A DNA stretch of 64,000 bases from Bacteroidales bacterium (GCA_031553765.1 JAVBKY010000003.1:112933-176932); one strand, 5' to 3'; numbered from the stretch's first letter, positions 10,213 to 21,204 are shown. The notes: a model not told the origin generated them from the sequence alone. A program made the numbers and translations.

Positions 10213-11325
10213 TTATTCATGTTGGCTAAGCACTGCATGTCCACCTTCCAGCAAATATTTATCACGCTTAAACAGGGCCACATCGCTTGCCATCATATCC
10301 TTTACCAGCGCAGGAAGGTCATACTCCGGCTCCCAGCCCAACTTGGTCTTGGATTTAGTAGGATCACCTATAAGCAAGTCCACTTCGGTAGGGCGATAGT
10401 ATTTCGGATTAATACGCAACACCACCTGACCTTTTTCCAGCTGATATTCGCTATTGCTACACGACTTTACCTTCGCAACTTCGTCCACACCCCTCCCTGA
10501 AAATTCCAACTCAATACCCAACTCTGCAAAGGCCATACGAATAAAATCACGTACAGGTGTTGTTACTCCCGTTGCTATCACATAATCCTCCGGCTTTTCC
10601 TGCTGAAGAATAAGCCACATGGCACGCACATAGTCCTTGGCATGTCCCCAGTCGCGCTTTGCATCAATGTTGCCCATATACAGGCAATCCTGTAAGCCAA
10701 GGGCAATGCGCGCTGCACCACGAGTAATTTTGCGAGTAACAAAAGTTTCACCACGCAGGGGCGACTCGTGGTTAAATAAAATACCATTGCAAGCGTACAT
10801 ATTATACGCCTCACGGTAGTTTACCGTAATCCAGTAGCCATACAACTTTGCACAAGCATATGGAGAGCGGGGGTAGAAAGGCGTCGTTTCCTTTTGAGGA
10901 ATTTCCTGCACCAAGCCATACAACTCCGATGTTGACGCTTGGTAAATTCTCGTTTTTTCTGTCAAACCCAACAAGCGCACCGCCTCCAGCAAGCGCAAAG
11001 TTCCCACCCCGTCTACATCAGCCACGTACTCAGGTGTATCGAAGCTCACCTTTACGTGGCTCATAGCACCAAGATTGTAAATCTCATCGGGTTGTACCTC
11101 TTGTATAATGCGCGTAAGATTCATAGAGTCGCTCAAATCGCCATAATGCAACTTAAAGCGAATATCTTTTTCATTGGGATCCTGATATAAGTGGTCAATA
11201 CGATCAGTATTGAAAAGTGAACTGCGGCGCTTAATTCCATGCACCTCATAACCCTTGGATAAGAGTAGTTCGGTTAAGTAGGCTCCATCTTGTCCTGTAA
11301 CTCCGGTAATAATTGCTTTTTTCAT
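10213..11325 (-). CDS. gmd: GDP-mannose 4,6-dehydratase
   Basis: [21 protein letters not shown]...STSELYG...YACAKLY is the canonical Gmd sequence pattern. Confidence 0.95.
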   Translation of the reverse strand: MKKAIITGVTGQDGAYLTELLLSKGYEVHGIKRRSSLFNTDRIDHLYQDPNEKDIRFKLHYGDLSDSMNLTRIIQEVQPDEIYNLGAMSHVKVSFDTPEYVADVDGVGTLRLLEAVRLLGLTEKTRIYQASTSELYGLVQEIPQKETTPFYPRSPYACAKLYGYWITVNYREAYNMYACNGILFNHESPLRGETFVTRKITRGAARIALGLQDCLYMGNIDAKRDWGHAKDYVRAMWLILQQEKPEDYVIATGVTTPVRDFIRMAFAELGIELEFSGRGVDEVAKVKSCSNSEYQLEKGQVVLRINPKYYRPTEVDLLIGDPTKSKTKLGWEPEYDLPALVKDMMASDVALFKRDKYLLEGGHAVLSQHE

Positions 11326-11358
11326 AGATTTTATTTATTAAAATGTAATACTCATGTA

Positions 11359-11904
11359 TTAAAACACCTCCGCCTCGCTCAACAGCTTTGCGTTTTTATC
11401 TTTGTCCGACAGCAGCAACTCGCTTTCGGCCATTCCCCAATCAATAGCAATGGTGGAATCGTTGAAGCGAATACCACGCTCGCACTGTGGCGAATACACA
11501 TTGTCGACCTTGTAGGCAAAAATAGCCTCCGGACTTTTCACCAAAAAACCGTGCGCAAAGCCATGCGGAATAAACAGCTGACGCTTGTTTTCCGAGGTCA
11601 ATTCCACGGCTACGTATTTGCCAAATGTAGAAGAGGCCTTACGAATATCCACTGCCACATCCAATACCGATCCGCTAATTACGCGCACCAGCTTACTTTG
11701 CGCAAAAGGAGGCAGCTGATAGTGCAAACCACGCAACACACCGCGTGTTGACTTCGACTCGTTATCCTGTACGAACTCGATTTTGCCGATATGCTCTTCG
11801 AACATTTTTTGTTTGAAGCTCTCCATAAAATAGCCTCGCTCGTCGGCAAACACTTTAGGCTCTATAATCCAAACGCCGTCAATGGCTGTCTTTATAAATT
11901 GCAT
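11359..11904 (-). CDS. rfbC: dTDP-4-dehydrorhamnose 3,5-epimerase
   Basis: 181-aa cupin with DERGYF..., RGLHYQ and KLVRVISGSVLDVAVDIR motifs. Confidence 0.9.
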   Translation of the reverse strand: MQFIKTAIDGVWIIEPKVFADERGYFMESFKQKMFEEHIGKIEFVQDNESKSTRGVLRGLHYQLPPFAQSKLVRVISGSVLDVAVDIRKASSTFGKYVAVELTSENKRQLFIPHGFAHGFLVKSPEAIFAYKVDNVYSPQCERGIRFNDSTIAIDWGMAESELLLSDKDKNAKLLSEAEVF

Positions 11905-11916
11905 GCTGAATTGTTT

Positions 11917-13113
11917 TTACTTCCTTCCGGGATAAATTTTCAACGCTTCCTTCAGACATTCTATAGCGTTGCGTAAATCATCTATCTTAAGCACGTAGGC
12001 CAAGCGCACCTCATCGCGTCCACGGTCAAGCGTGAAGTAAAATCCGGTACCGGGTGCTACCATCACCGTCTGGTTCTTGTAGCTGAAATCCTCCAAAAGC
12101 CACTTGGCAAATTTATCCGAATCATCAATGGGTAGGCGCGCCATGGAGTAGAACGCACCCTTAGGTTTGGGGCAGTAAACACCCTCAATCTGATTCAACG
12201 CCTCCACCATAAAATCACGACGCTCCACATATTCGTGGTGCACGGCATCAAAGTATGATTGTGGTGTATTGAGCGCCGCCTCCGCCGCAATTTGTCCGTA
12301 AAATGGAGGACACAGTCGTGCCTGACCAAACTTCAGCGCGGTTGCTATCAGCTCCTTATTTTTGCTAATAATAGCGCCTTCGCGCGCGCCGCACATGCTG
12401 TAACGTTTTGACACGGAGTCAATCAGTACAATATTTTCATCCACCCCTTGCAGCTGCATGGCGGAGTAGCTCTGCTCGCCATCGTAGCAAAACTCGCGGT
12501 AGGCCTCATCGCAAAACAAGTATAGGTCGTACTTCTTCACAAGTATAGCCAAGCGCTCCAAGTCCTCGCGCGAATAAAGACTACCCGTAGGATTATTGGG
12601 ATTGCTGATAAAAATACCCTTGGTTTTGGGCGTTATCAATCGTTCGAAAGCCTCAATATGGGGCAAAGAAAAATCATCATTAATATCGCATGTAATAGGC
12701 TTCACGTTCACACCTGCCTCAATGGCGTAAGCCCAGTAGTTAGCATAGAAAGGTTCGGGAATTATCACCTCATCGCCGGGATTGAAGCAGGCCATAAAAG
12801 CAAACAGTATGGCCTCAGAACCTCCGGTGGTTATGAGAATATCCTCAATGTTTACGTTAATACCCAACCTCTGGTAGTAGCTGGCAAAACCTCTTCTGAA
12901 CGACTCGTTACCCGCCGAGTGCCCGTACTCCACAATGTTGGCATTGCAGTTTTTTATAGCATCAAGCGCCACCTGAGGGGTGGGTATGTCGGGTTGACCT
13001 ATGTTGAGATGATACACCTTCCGTCCTGCGCGCTTAGCAGCTTCAGCCAGCGGCACCAGCTTACGAATAGGCGATGAGGGCATGTACAACCCTTTTTCCG
13101 AAATTCTTGGCAT
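11917..13113 (-). CDS. Class I/II pyridoxal-phosphate aminotransferase (aspartate-aminotransferase-like)
   Basis: SVSKRYSMCGAR PLP-lysine motif and NPNNPTG motif. I moved the start to MPRISEKG (13113); the longer N-terminus in the track looks like read-through. Confidence 0.8.
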   Translation of the reverse strand: MPRISEKGLYMPSSPIRKLVPLAEAAKRAGRKVYHLNIGQPDIPTPQVALDAIKNCNANIVEYGHSAGNESFRRGFASYYQRLGINVNIEDILITTGGSEAILFAFMACFNPGDEVIIPEPFYANYWAYAIEAGVNVKPITCDINDDFSLPHIEAFERLITPKTKGIFISNPNNPTGSLYSREDLERLAILVKKYDLYLFCDEAYREFCYDGEQSYSAMQLQGVDENIVLIDSVSKRYSMCGAREGAIISKNKELIATALKFGQARLCPPFYGQIAAEAALNTPQSYFDAVHHEYVERRDFMVEALNQIEGVYCPKPKGAFYSMARLPIDDSDKFAKWLLEDFSYKNQTVMVAPGTGFYFTLDRGRDEVRLAYVLKIDDLRNAIECLKEALKIYPGRK

Positions 13114-13258
13114 AAAGTATCTTGTAATGATTAACCCTGTTGCAACAGGCAACATAGAGCACATCTTACAAAGATAGCTTATTTACCGGCAAAAAACAAG
13201 CGCAAAACAAGTTTTAATGCTTTGTATCAAAACGCATTAGCGTTTTTTAAAGACATCT

Positions 13259-14101
13259 TTACGAAATTCTCACATTATCTATCAACCTCACCTTTCCGGC
13301 AAACACCGCAATGCATGCCTGCTTGGGGCAGTCCTCGTCAAGCGATTTTACCGATTGCAACGTGCGCAAATTTACAACATCAAAGTACTCCACCTTTAGC
13401 TCAGCGTCGGCATTAATAGTATCTACAACAAACTTTTTCAAGTCGCTCAAACTCATATCGCACACCTTGTCTACAGCGGCAAACAGCGTTTTAGCAATGC
13501 GTGGTGCAGCCTTGCGTTGAGCGGGGTTAAGCAGCGTATTGCGTGAACTCAAAGCAAGCCCGTCAACTTCACGTACAATGGGGCAACGCACAATTTCAAC
13601 AGGCAAATTCAGCTGGCTCACCATCTCGGTAATGATAGCCAACTGCTGAAAATCCTTTTCACCGAAATAAGCACGCATTGGTTTCACCATATCAAACAGG
13701 CGGCTTACCACCTGCGCTACACCGTTGAAATGGCCGGGACGATGCTCGCCCTCCATCACCTTATCCAGCAATCCAAAATCAAAAACGCGCGTGTCGGTTT
13801 CGGGATAAACCTCTGTTTCGCTCGGCGCAAAAACGTAATCACAACCGGCGGGCTCCAGTAGCTTTGTATCGGCCTCAAGCGTACGCGGATAGCGCTCTAA
13901 GTCACCCTTATCATTAAACTGTGTAGGGTTAACAAATATGCTCACCACCGCCACATTATTCTCCTTTTTGCAGCGCTTTACCAACGACAAATGTCCTTCG
14001 TGTAGGGCACCCATGGTAGGTACAAAACCCACAGATTTTCCTTGTTTTTTTTCTTCTGCAAGAATTGCTTGCAACTCTTTTACGGTTTCTACAACTTTCA
14101 T
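13259..14101 (-). CDS. panC: Pantoate--beta-alanine ligase
   Basis: [15 protein letters not shown] (HxGH), 280 aa, typical PanC. Confidence 0.9.
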   Translation of the reverse strand: MKVVETVKELQAILAEEKKQGKSVGFVPTMGALHEGHLSLVKRCKKENNVAVVSIFVNPTQFNDKGDLERYPRTLEADTKLLEPAGCDYVFAPSETEVYPETDTRVFDFGLLDKVMEGEHRPGHFNGVAQVVSRLFDMVKPMRAYFGEKDFQQLAIITEMVSQLNLPVEIVRCPIVREVDGLALSSRNTLLNPAQRKAAPRIAKTLFAAVDKVCDMSLSDLKKFVVDTINADAELKVEYFDVVNLRTLQSVKSLDEDCPKQACIAVFAGKVRLIDNVRIS

Positions 14102-14290
14102 TTTGTATTATGTTTAATGTCCTACGGACAAAATTTATCTTTTCAACCTCTTTTTTCTATTGACATAAAAGCCCTACGGGCTATATACAATAGCAAAATC
14201 ACACAACAACACATTTTCCCATTAGGGAAATAATATCAATAAAAAAACAGACCAACACCACAGCAGTTAGCCCGTAGGGCTTATATCTCT

Positions 14291-15019
14291 TTACGAAAAA
14301 ACCTCCTCCAGCACCGCCAATGAGCGAATGGGATTGTTCATGCCCAAATGCGTACAGTAGTAATCAAGCAGCATGCGAAGTAGCGTGCTACGCTGCTCCC
14401 GGTTGGCTTTTATATTTTTCAAAACGTCAAAATTGGCGTCGAGCAGTTCACCTAACAATGCCGATGTGGGCTTGTCCATGTAATCATTATGCTTGGGAAT
14501 AAACGGCACAAACACACCATTTTGCATATCAAAATAGGGCAAGTCCTCCTCGTGGCTATTGCCGGGGAAAAAGCCCAAATGCTGGGCCAGCTGCGCTAAA
14601 AAGTAGAGGTGAAAATTCGAAACACCATGCTGCAGTTCATCAAGCAGCAAAATATGCTCCTGCAGAAAGTCAAATAACGCCTCATTTTGCTCCTCCTCGC
14701 GCACCAACTTGTATAGCACTTCACCAATAAAAAGTGCGATAACATTTTTATTTACATCAAAGGGAAGCGACTGTAGCGGCGTGCTTGCACGAAATTCTTT
14801 AGCACGACAAATTGCACCACTTTTGCGTTCAGGATAAGCCTCTATATCAAGTAGAAAAAGAGGTTGAATGAGCGATGCTTTTTGCTTACACTTAGCGCCA
14901 CCGCGTACACCGTTGAGCATGTAGGTTTGTCGCCCGTGTAGGTTGGTGTAAATATAGGCAATCATGCTGGTATCGCCGTATTTAATACTATGCAGTACTA
15001 TGCCGTGCAACTTTTCCAT
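14291..15019 (-). CDS. recO: DNA repair protein RecO
   Basis: 242 aa with an N-terminal OB-fold pattern (GIVLHSIKYGDTS). The size and sequence pattern fit Bacteroidota RecO. Confidence 0.75.
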   Translation of the reverse strand: MEKLHGIVLHSIKYGDTSMIAYIYTNLHGRQTYMLNGVRGGAKCKQKASLIQPLFLLDIEAYPERKSGAICRAKEFRASTPLQSLPFDVNKNVIALFIGEVLYKLVREEEQNEALFDFLQEHILLLDELQHGVSNFHLYFLAQLAQHLGFFPGNSHEEDLPYFDMQNGVFVPFIPKHNDYMDKPTSALLGELLDANFDVLKNIKANREQRSTLLRMLLDYYCTHLGMNNPIRSLAVLEEVFS

Positions 15020-17205
15020 TAGTTCATTACCAGCAACTTTTCTACCTGTGTTTCCTCCCCGGAACTATCGGCAAAAAAGATCAAATATACACCCGAAGCA
15101 ACACGGTTACCGTTAAGATTTCGGGTATTCCAAGTTATAGTTCCACCGCTGGCCGTACCATAAAAAACAAGGTTCCCTGACATATCGGTAATGCGCACTG
15201 AGGCATCCTCCATAAGGTTAGCTATGGTTACCTGCTGCATTTCGGGGCGCACAGGATTGGGAAAAATTTTCACATTGCTAAATGATTCACGCCCCGTAGT
15301 GGCTTCGCCGTAAAAGCCTACCATGCCCTTATCGGTTGCAAAAATCACCTCGCCGGTAACGCTATTCACCGCAATATCCACCACGTTATTTGATGGTAGC
15401 GGACTGTTATCTATACCAAAAGCATGTACTTCATCGTGCCCGTCGGGGCTTTGTAAAAACGCTCCGGCATCGCGCGTACCAAACCACTTACGGTTACCGC
15501 CATCCACCGTTAGCGCGGTTACCTTTTCGTACTCTAAAAGGTACGAGGCGCGCCCCGGAATTTCGTTAGGTATTTTTACACGTTGTTCTGTGGGTGTTTT
15601 TGTAAAGGGATCGGAGTTTGTGTCGTACAGAAAAACGCCCTTATCGGTTCCCAGCCATATTTGGTTATTACGGTCAGCTGCTATAGAGTATATATTACCT
15701 ACGGTAAACGATTGCAACCCGAATACGGAGGCTTGGTCATCGGAGGGCGTGGCAACATCACTTCCGGCAGAGTAGACATACAGCTGGTTGGCTTCAAAAA
15801 TTCCCCAGAAAATTTTCCCGGTGGAGGTGACCTTACCCAAGGACTCATTATTCAACTCCGAGTTCGAAAGGCTTGTCCATGTACCGTCGGTAGTGCGTAT
15901 TTTAACAGGCGTGGTATTATTGCTGGCAAATCCAAAGAGGTTAGCGCTACGGTCAAAATCCAGGGCGCGAATATTTACTCCCGACAGTGATTTATCCACG
16001 TAGTTCACAGCAGAGCCATCCTGCGAAAAACGTGCTACTCCACTTGATGTTGATACAAAAAATTCAGCCACATTTTGCTTTCCTACTTTCGCCTCCTGCG
16101 CTCCGGAAATTTGCGAACTCATGGTACTTACCCACTCCCTCTTATCTGCTAAAACGCTGAGTGAACCACCTCCCGCAGCAATAATTTTTCCCTTGAATTC
16201 GTCAAGCGCTACCACCTGATTTTGCTGTGGCCCGTTAGGAATGAGCTGCCCGAATCCTCCACTACCCTCACCCATCAAGCCCAACTCTAAGTCGGCAATA
16301 TACGTAACAGGATTTGTGCCCACTTGACAAGCGCGATACGGACTAAAGGCAGCGTAACCGCTACCGTAGTTCGAAATGCTTTGCTGCGTGGTTACATTAT
16401 ATAAAGTCGAGGAAGTGCTTAGCCACAAGCTACCGTTTGATACGCTAAGTACACGGGGGTTGGCATAGGTAGCTTCGGTTGAAAAGGTCTGCAAATCGGT
16501 GGAGGAAAGAAGCGCCCCATCACTTCTTAATGCGTAAAAAGTATTGCCATTTACGGCAATGGAAATGATATTGCTACCACTGAGCACGCGCTGCCAGCTG
16601 CCGTAGTAGTATAGCTGCGCATTATTTTTATCAATGGTATATAAACCCTTGGCAGTAGCCGCTACAATGGTGCTACCAAACAGCGCAAGGTCGCGCACAG
16701 CAAGTGTATCACCGGTTTCATCAATAGTAAAGTCAGCCGTAATCTCGCTATTGCTGACTTCCAAAATACGCGATGCTGTGGCCACAAAGTACTTGCTATC
16801 CACCTTTAAAAATCGGTTAATGCGCTTACCTCCGGGCTTGCGGCTCTCCTTCCAATCATTGAGATTTACCGTTTTGGCACCCTGCTTAATTACCGACGCA
16901 TCGGTACTATTAATTAGGTCAATATTTCCGTTGCCATAGCCCAACAATATACGCTGCGTGGCCGCATCGTATAAGGCCGCCGTAATATCAAAGTCACTCA
17001 ACCCATTTACCTTCGAAACCTTATTTATTTCACCGTCAAAAAAGATTAAGCCCGCCGAAGTGGCACACACTAGTTGGCTCTGCATAGGCATTAACTCCAC
17101 ACCCTGCGTATAAGCAAAGTGGTCGCGCCATGTGCCCGTTTTTTGCGCAAGCAGAGTAAACGAACACAACAAAAACAATAGTGCAAGCAATTTACGCATA
17201 ATCAA
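15019..17205 (-). CDS. T9SS C-terminal-sorting-domain protein with beta-propeller-like repeats (possibly PorZ-like)
   Basis: Has a signal peptide (MRKLLALLFLLCSFTLLAQ). The last ~80 aa (FPNPVRP...GVYLIFFADSSGEETQVEKLLVMN) match the T9SS CTD pattern. The body of the protein is repetitive and propeller-like. Confidence 0.6.
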   Translation of the reverse strand: MIMRKLLALLFLLCSFTLLAQKTGTWRDHFAYTQGVELMPMQSQLVCATSAGLIFFDGEINKVSKVNGLSDFDITAALYDAATQRILLGYGNGNIDLINSTDASVIKQGAKTVNLNDWKESRKPGGKRINRFLKVDSKYFVATASRILEVSNSEITADFTIDETGDTLAVRDLALFGSTIVAATAKGLYTIDKNNAQLYYYGSWQRVLSGSNIISIAVNGNTFYALRSDGALLSSTDLQTFSTEATYANPRVLSVSNGSLWLSTSSTLYNVTTQQSISNYGSGYAAFSPYRACQVGTNPVTYIADLELGLMGEGSGGFGQLIPNGPQQNQVVALDEFKGKIIAAGGGSLSVLADKREWVSTMSSQISGAQEAKVGKQNVAEFFVSTSSGVARFSQDGSAVNYVDKSLSGVNIRALDFDRSANLFGFASNNTTPVKIRTTDGTWTSLSNSELNNESLGKVTSTGKIFWGIFEANQLYVYSAGSDVATPSDDQASVFGLQSFTVGNIYSIAADRNNQIWLGTDKGVFLYDTNSDPFTKTPTEQRVKIPNEIPGRASYLLEYEKVTALTVDGGNRKWFGTRDAGAFLQSPDGHDEVHAFGIDNSPLPSNNVVDIAVNSVTGEVIFATDKGMVGFYGEATTGRESFSNVKIFPNPVRPEMQQVTIANLMEDASVRITDMSGNLVFYGTASGGTITWNTRNLNGNRVASGVYLIFFADSSGEETQVEKLLVMN

Positions 17206-17235
17206 CTATAACAGGCTGAAACTTAAAATCTAAAA

Positions 17236-18135
17236 TTACTCATACGGCTTAGCACGCGCCCTACTTTTGGTAACCAGATACACACCCGCAAATATAAGCG
17301 CAGCAGCGCCCAACTTGTACCAACCCAGCACATCCAGCCCTAAAGCCACTGCCGCAAGACTTGCCACCAGCGGTTGTGCGTAGTTGTACATGCTCAATGT
17401 GGTGGGCCGCAGGTAGCGTAGCGTATAGCCAATGCAAAGATAAGTAATAAATGTAGCACCTAACAACACAAATGTCAACAGCAGGTAGCCGTTGATTGGC
17501 ATGGCGCCCCATGCCACGCTACTTATGTGCGGCACAGCCATGGGTGATACCATAATAGCGGCAAACAAAAACATCCATTTCATAACCGTAGGCGAAGAGT
17601 AGCGCGCAACCAAAGGCTTTGAAATGGTGAGGTAAATAGCATAGGAAAGTGAGCTACAGAAACACAAGATATCACCCAGCATATTATTACTGCTGAGGCT
17701 CACCCCTCCATTACGCAAAATAATCATGAGTGCACCTGCCGCCCCCATGGCCACGCCAAGCACCTTGGGTCCCGTAATGGGTTCCTTTAGAAAGGCCGCG
17801 GCTAAACACATTACTAATACCGGAGTAATGGTAACAACAATAGCGGCATCAATAGATGTGGTGTATGAAAGTCCCTGAATGAAAGAAAATTGGTTGAGCG
17901 TAATGCCAAAAATAGAGGCAACAACAAGTAGCAAGAGATCGCGTGGTCGCACCTTTTCTCGAGGAGTAAAGATGGAGAGTATCCAAAAGGCAGCTGCGGC
18001 AAATACCATGCGCAAGCACGACAAGGTGGTAGCATCCACATAATTATCCAACAATGCTTTGGATATAGGCACGTTGAGTCCGAAAATAATGTTGGCAAGG
18101 GCAATGCCAAAGTGCGCTTTAAGCTGCTTTGTCAT
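17236..18135 (-). CDS. EamA/DMT-family transporter
   Basis: Ten-TM-type hydrophobic protein with a duplicated EamA-like layout. I moved the start to MTKQLKAHFG (18135). Confidence 0.7.
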   Translation of the reverse strand: MTKQLKAHFGIALANIIFGLNVPISKALLDNYVDATTLSCLRMVFAAAAFWILSIFTPREKVRPRDLLLLVVASIFGITLNQFSFIQGLSYTTSIDAAIVVTITPVLVMCLAAAFLKEPITGPKVLGVAMGAAGALMIILRNGGVSLSSNNMLGDILCFCSSLSYAIYLTISKPLVARYSSPTVMKWMFLFAAIMVSPMAVPHISSVAWGAMPINGYLLLTFVLLGATFITYLCIGYTLRYLRPTTLSMYNYAQPLVASLAAVALGLDVLGWYKLGAAALIFAGVYLVTKSRARAKPYE

Positions 18136-18557
18136 ATTTAACGTATAAAAAATCGGGCAAAGATAGTAAAATACCAAGTGAACCAATAATTAATACCCGA
18201 GTTTACAGCAAATATACCCAGCACTTAATTTATCAATCATTTACAAAAATTTAAATACGCCATTCAATCATGTTGCATTAAATTTAAAATTTTTATTTAC
18301 AGCAATTTAGAAATCACATTGTAATGAATTACAAAATCGTCTTTTAATTTCCTTCTGCACATTGATTTTTGTAGAGAATTTGACTTCCTGCACATTTTAA
18401 ATACGTAAAATTATGCAGTAGGTCATCACAGTTAAAAAACATAGATATGTACTGTTTTTAGCAACAAAGGAGATTTAACACAACTCCATCTCCGTCAAAA
18501 TATGTACTAAGCGAGCAATTTCTCCTCTAATTTCTTGCATTTAACTACCAAAACTTT

Positions 18558-18565
18558 TATTTTTG
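18558..18565 (+). promoter_or_regulatory. Bacteroidota-type -7 promoter box (TAnnTTTG) for mpg-lplA
   Basis: TATTTTTG lies 25 nt upstream of the mpg ATG. Confidence 0.4.
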
Positions 18566-18589
18566 CAAAGCAGCCTCAATATTTAAGCT

Positions 18590-19096
18590 ATGCGCTTAAC
18601 GAACGATTTTTTTGAACGAGATGTACTGCAAGTAGCTCCCGACTTGATAGGAAAGTACATTGTACGACAAATAGATGAGGTGCAATACGCCTATCGTATT
18701 ACCGAAACAGAGGCGTATCGCGGCGAGGAAGACTTAGCCTGCCATGCCAGTAAGGGACGTACTCCCCGTACGGATGTGATGTACCGACAAGGTGGTTTAG
18801 TATACGTATACCTCATATATGGCATGCACCAAATGCTCAACTTTGTAACGGCTGGCGAAAACGAGCCGCAAGCCGTACTTATTCGGGGCGTTGAAAATAC
18901 AGACGGACCGGGACGCGTAACCAAATTGCTACAAGTAAATAAAGAATTTTACGCCGAAAATTTGGCCACCTCAACGCGCCTATGGGTAGAAGATAGAGGT
19001 GAAATCGCACCGAAAATTAGAACCGGGAAACGAGTGGGCATTGATTATGCCGGGAGGTGGAAAAATAAACCCTGGAGATATATTGCCAATTTTTGA
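18590..19096 (+). CDS. mpg: DNA-3-methyladenine glycosylase (Mpg/AAG family)
   Basis: FFERDVLQVAPDLIGKYIV...ITETEAY...DLACHA is a typical AAG-family pattern. Confidence 0.85.
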   Translation: MRLTNDFFERDVLQVAPDLIGKYIVRQIDEVQYAYRITETEAYRGEEDLACHASKGRTPRTDVMYRQGGLVYVYLIYGMHQMLNFVTAGENEPQAVLIRGVENTDGPGRVTKLLQVNKEFYAENLATSTRLWVEDRGEIAPKIRTGKRVGIDYAGRWKNKPWRYIANF

Positions 19097-19109
19097 TTTT
19101 TAAATTGTA

Positions 19110-20102
19110 GTGAAGTTACTTGTAAACAATACCGTTAACCCTTTCTTCAACCTTGCCCTTGAGGAGCATTTGCTCAAGCATTCAAGCAGCAACCACTTTA
19201 TGCTATGGCAAAATGAGCCTACGCTGGTAGTCGGTTGCCACCAAAACACTGCAGCCGAAGTAGACATACAAAAATCCCTTTCCAATGGAGTGCACATTGT
19301 TCGTCGCATAACAGGGGGAGGAGCAGTATACCACGACCTGGGCAATCTCAACTTTTCATTAATAAAAACCGGCTTAAAGGCCGAGGGCAGCAACGCTAAA
19401 CAGGTGTACACTGAGCTAAGTCGCCCCATAATTGCCGCGCTGGCACAAATGGGCATAAAAGCAGAGCTGAGCGGACGCAATGATATAACTGTTGAAGGTA
19501 AAAAAATTGCGGGCTGCGCCGTCCACAAGCATGGCGACCGCATGTTACTACACGGGGCGCTACTATTCAATGCAAATCTTACTGCATTAGCCGATTATCT
19601 CACGCCCAACAATAACAAATTCGCAGGAAAGGCCGTGCAATCCGTAAGCAGTCGAGTAGCCAACGTATCGGATTTTCTACACGGAAAATCGCACATTAAA
19701 CTACTTAAATCGTTTATCATAAGCAACGCCAATATTATGTACGGCTGCACCTCGCAAGAAATATCGACCGAAGATATAAAAGCTGCCGAAGATTTGGTAA
19801 AGAGTAAGTACGCAACAGACGAGTGGAATTTTGGCAAGGTCAGGGCCGACTCATTTTCGCGACAGGCAAAAACTCCCGCCGGTGTGGTAGAGGTACAAAT
19901 GGTATTTAATAATGAAAACCAAATTGAGCAAATACGCTTCTTTGGCGATTTTTTCTCTAATAAAGACGTGGGGCAACTGGAGCAGGCGCTATCGGGAACA
20001 CCCTATGCGCCCTACGCTGTTAAGGAAAAGTTGGAACAGCTAAATGTAGCGCAGTACATAAACGGCCTTTCCACCGAAGAACTTATGAAAGTTATGTTTT
20101 AA
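19110..20102 (+). CDS. lplA: Lipoate--protein ligase
   Basis: GTG start. NPFFNLALEEHLL, RRITGGGAVYHDLGNLNFS and a GKKIAG lysine motif. Confidence 0.85.
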   Translation: MKLLVNNTVNPFFNLALEEHLLKHSSSNHFMLWQNEPTLVVGCHQNTAAEVDIQKSLSNGVHIVRRITGGGAVYHDLGNLNFSLIKTGLKAEGSNAKQVYTELSRPIIAALAQMGIKAELSGRNDITVEGKKIAGCAVHKHGDRMLLHGALLFNANLTALADYLTPNNNKFAGKAVQSVSSRVANVSDFLHGKSHIKLLKSFIISNANIMYGCTSQEISTEDIKAAEDLVKSKYATDEWNFGKVRADSFSRQAKTPAGVVEVQMVFNNENQIEQIRFFGDFFSNKDVGQLEQALSGTPYAPYAVKEKLEQLNVAQYINGLSTEELMKVMF

Positions 20103-20105
20103 AAA

Positions 20106-20138
20106 ACACCCCGCCACAAAACGGCGGGGTGTTTTTTT
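20106..20138 (+). terminator. Rho-independent terminator after lplA
   Basis: ACACCCCGCC-loop-GGCGGGGTGT followed by a T-run. Confidence 0.8.
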
Positions 20139-20211
20139 AACGCCATAAAATCCTATCTTTACAATTCATTTTACCATAACGCGGTTAGGCGCTAACCTTT
20201 CAAAAAACACG

Positions 20212-21090
20212 ATGAAAAAAACATTGCTTTTACCCCTGCTTTTACTACTACTATCGCCACGCGCAAGCGCACTCGATCCACATGAAGAATCAATAGGAAT
20301 AGTGCTGTCAGGCGGAGCTGCGCGGGGATTCGCGCACCTTGGAGTGTTGCAGGCGCTGGAAGATTATGGCATTGTTCCCTCCTACGTGGCCGGCTCCAGC
20401 ATGGGGGCAGTACTTGGCTCAGTGTATGCTGCAGGCAACACTCCTGCCCAAATTTACAACTATGCCCGCCAGCAAAATTATGCCCACCTGTACCGCCCAT
20501 CTATGCAAGGTGCGCTTTTCAAACCCGTTTTTTTGGAAAAACTGCTCGACAATCTCGTTTCACACAACAGCTTTGACTCATTACAAAAAAAGTTGTACGT
20601 ATGTATGACCAACCTCAACTATGCCCGTAGCGATATAGCCAGCACCGGAACTTTTAAGGATAAGGTAGTGGCCTCAGCATCTATCCCCTTCGTATTTCAA
20701 CCTGCCATTATTGACAACTCCACTTATGTAGATGGGGGACTCCTCAATAACCTTCCGGCAAATGCCATACGCGACAAATGTAAGTACGTAATAGGTGTGA
20801 GCGTAAACTCCACTCCCGAATGGTCGCAGGAGCAGCTAAAGGGAATGAATAGCATTATGCGTTGCATGTCAATGGTAGTAGTGGGTACCGAGAAGCCCAA
20901 CCACAAGCTATGCGACTACTTTATTGAAGTTTCAAAGGCCGGCAGCATTGGCCTCATGGAGTTTCACCGTGTAGAAGAATTTTACGCCATGGGGTACAAT
21001 GCCGCACTTGACTTCATAAACAACAACCCGGACATACTCAAATTGTCTAACATAAAACACCCTGCTTTACATACGCCAAGTCCGGAGTAG
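20212..21090 (+). CDS. Patatin-like phospholipase
   Basis: Signal peptide, GIVLSGGAARGFAHLGVL oxyanion motif, GSSMG (GxSxG) and DGG. Confidence 0.85.
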   Translation: MKKTLLLPLLLLLLSPRASALDPHEESIGIVLSGGAARGFAHLGVLQALEDYGIVPSYVAGSSMGAVLGSVYAAGNTPAQIYNYARQQNYAHLYRPSMQGALFKPVFLEKLLDNLVSHNSFDSLQKKLYVCMTNLNYARSDIASTGTFKDKVVASASIPFVFQPAIIDNSTYVDGGLLNNLPANAIRDKCKYVIGVSVNSTPEWSQEQLKGMNSIMRCMSMVVVGTEKPNHKLCDYFIEVSKAGSIGLMEFHRVEEFYAMGYNAALDFINNNPDILKLSNIKHPALHTPSPE

Positions 21091-21114
21091 AAGCATTCGC
21101 ATACGCACATTAAA

Positions 21115-21149
21115 CCCTCACAGGAGCTTTGAATGCCTGTGAGGGTTTT
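21115..21149 (+). terminator. Hairpin terminator after the patatin gene
   Basis: CCCTCACAGG-11 nt-CCTGTGAGGG followed by TTTT. Confidence 0.65.
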
Positions 21150-21163
21150 GCACTTAAATTGAT

Positions 21164-21171
21164 TATCTTTG
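21164..21171 (+). promoter_or_regulatory. -7 promoter box (TAnnTTTG) for mfd
   Basis: TATCTTTG lies 34 nt upstream of the mfd ATG. Confidence 0.4.
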
Positions 21172-21204
21172 TGATGCTGACACAGAAATTCAGCAATCTT
21201 TTTC

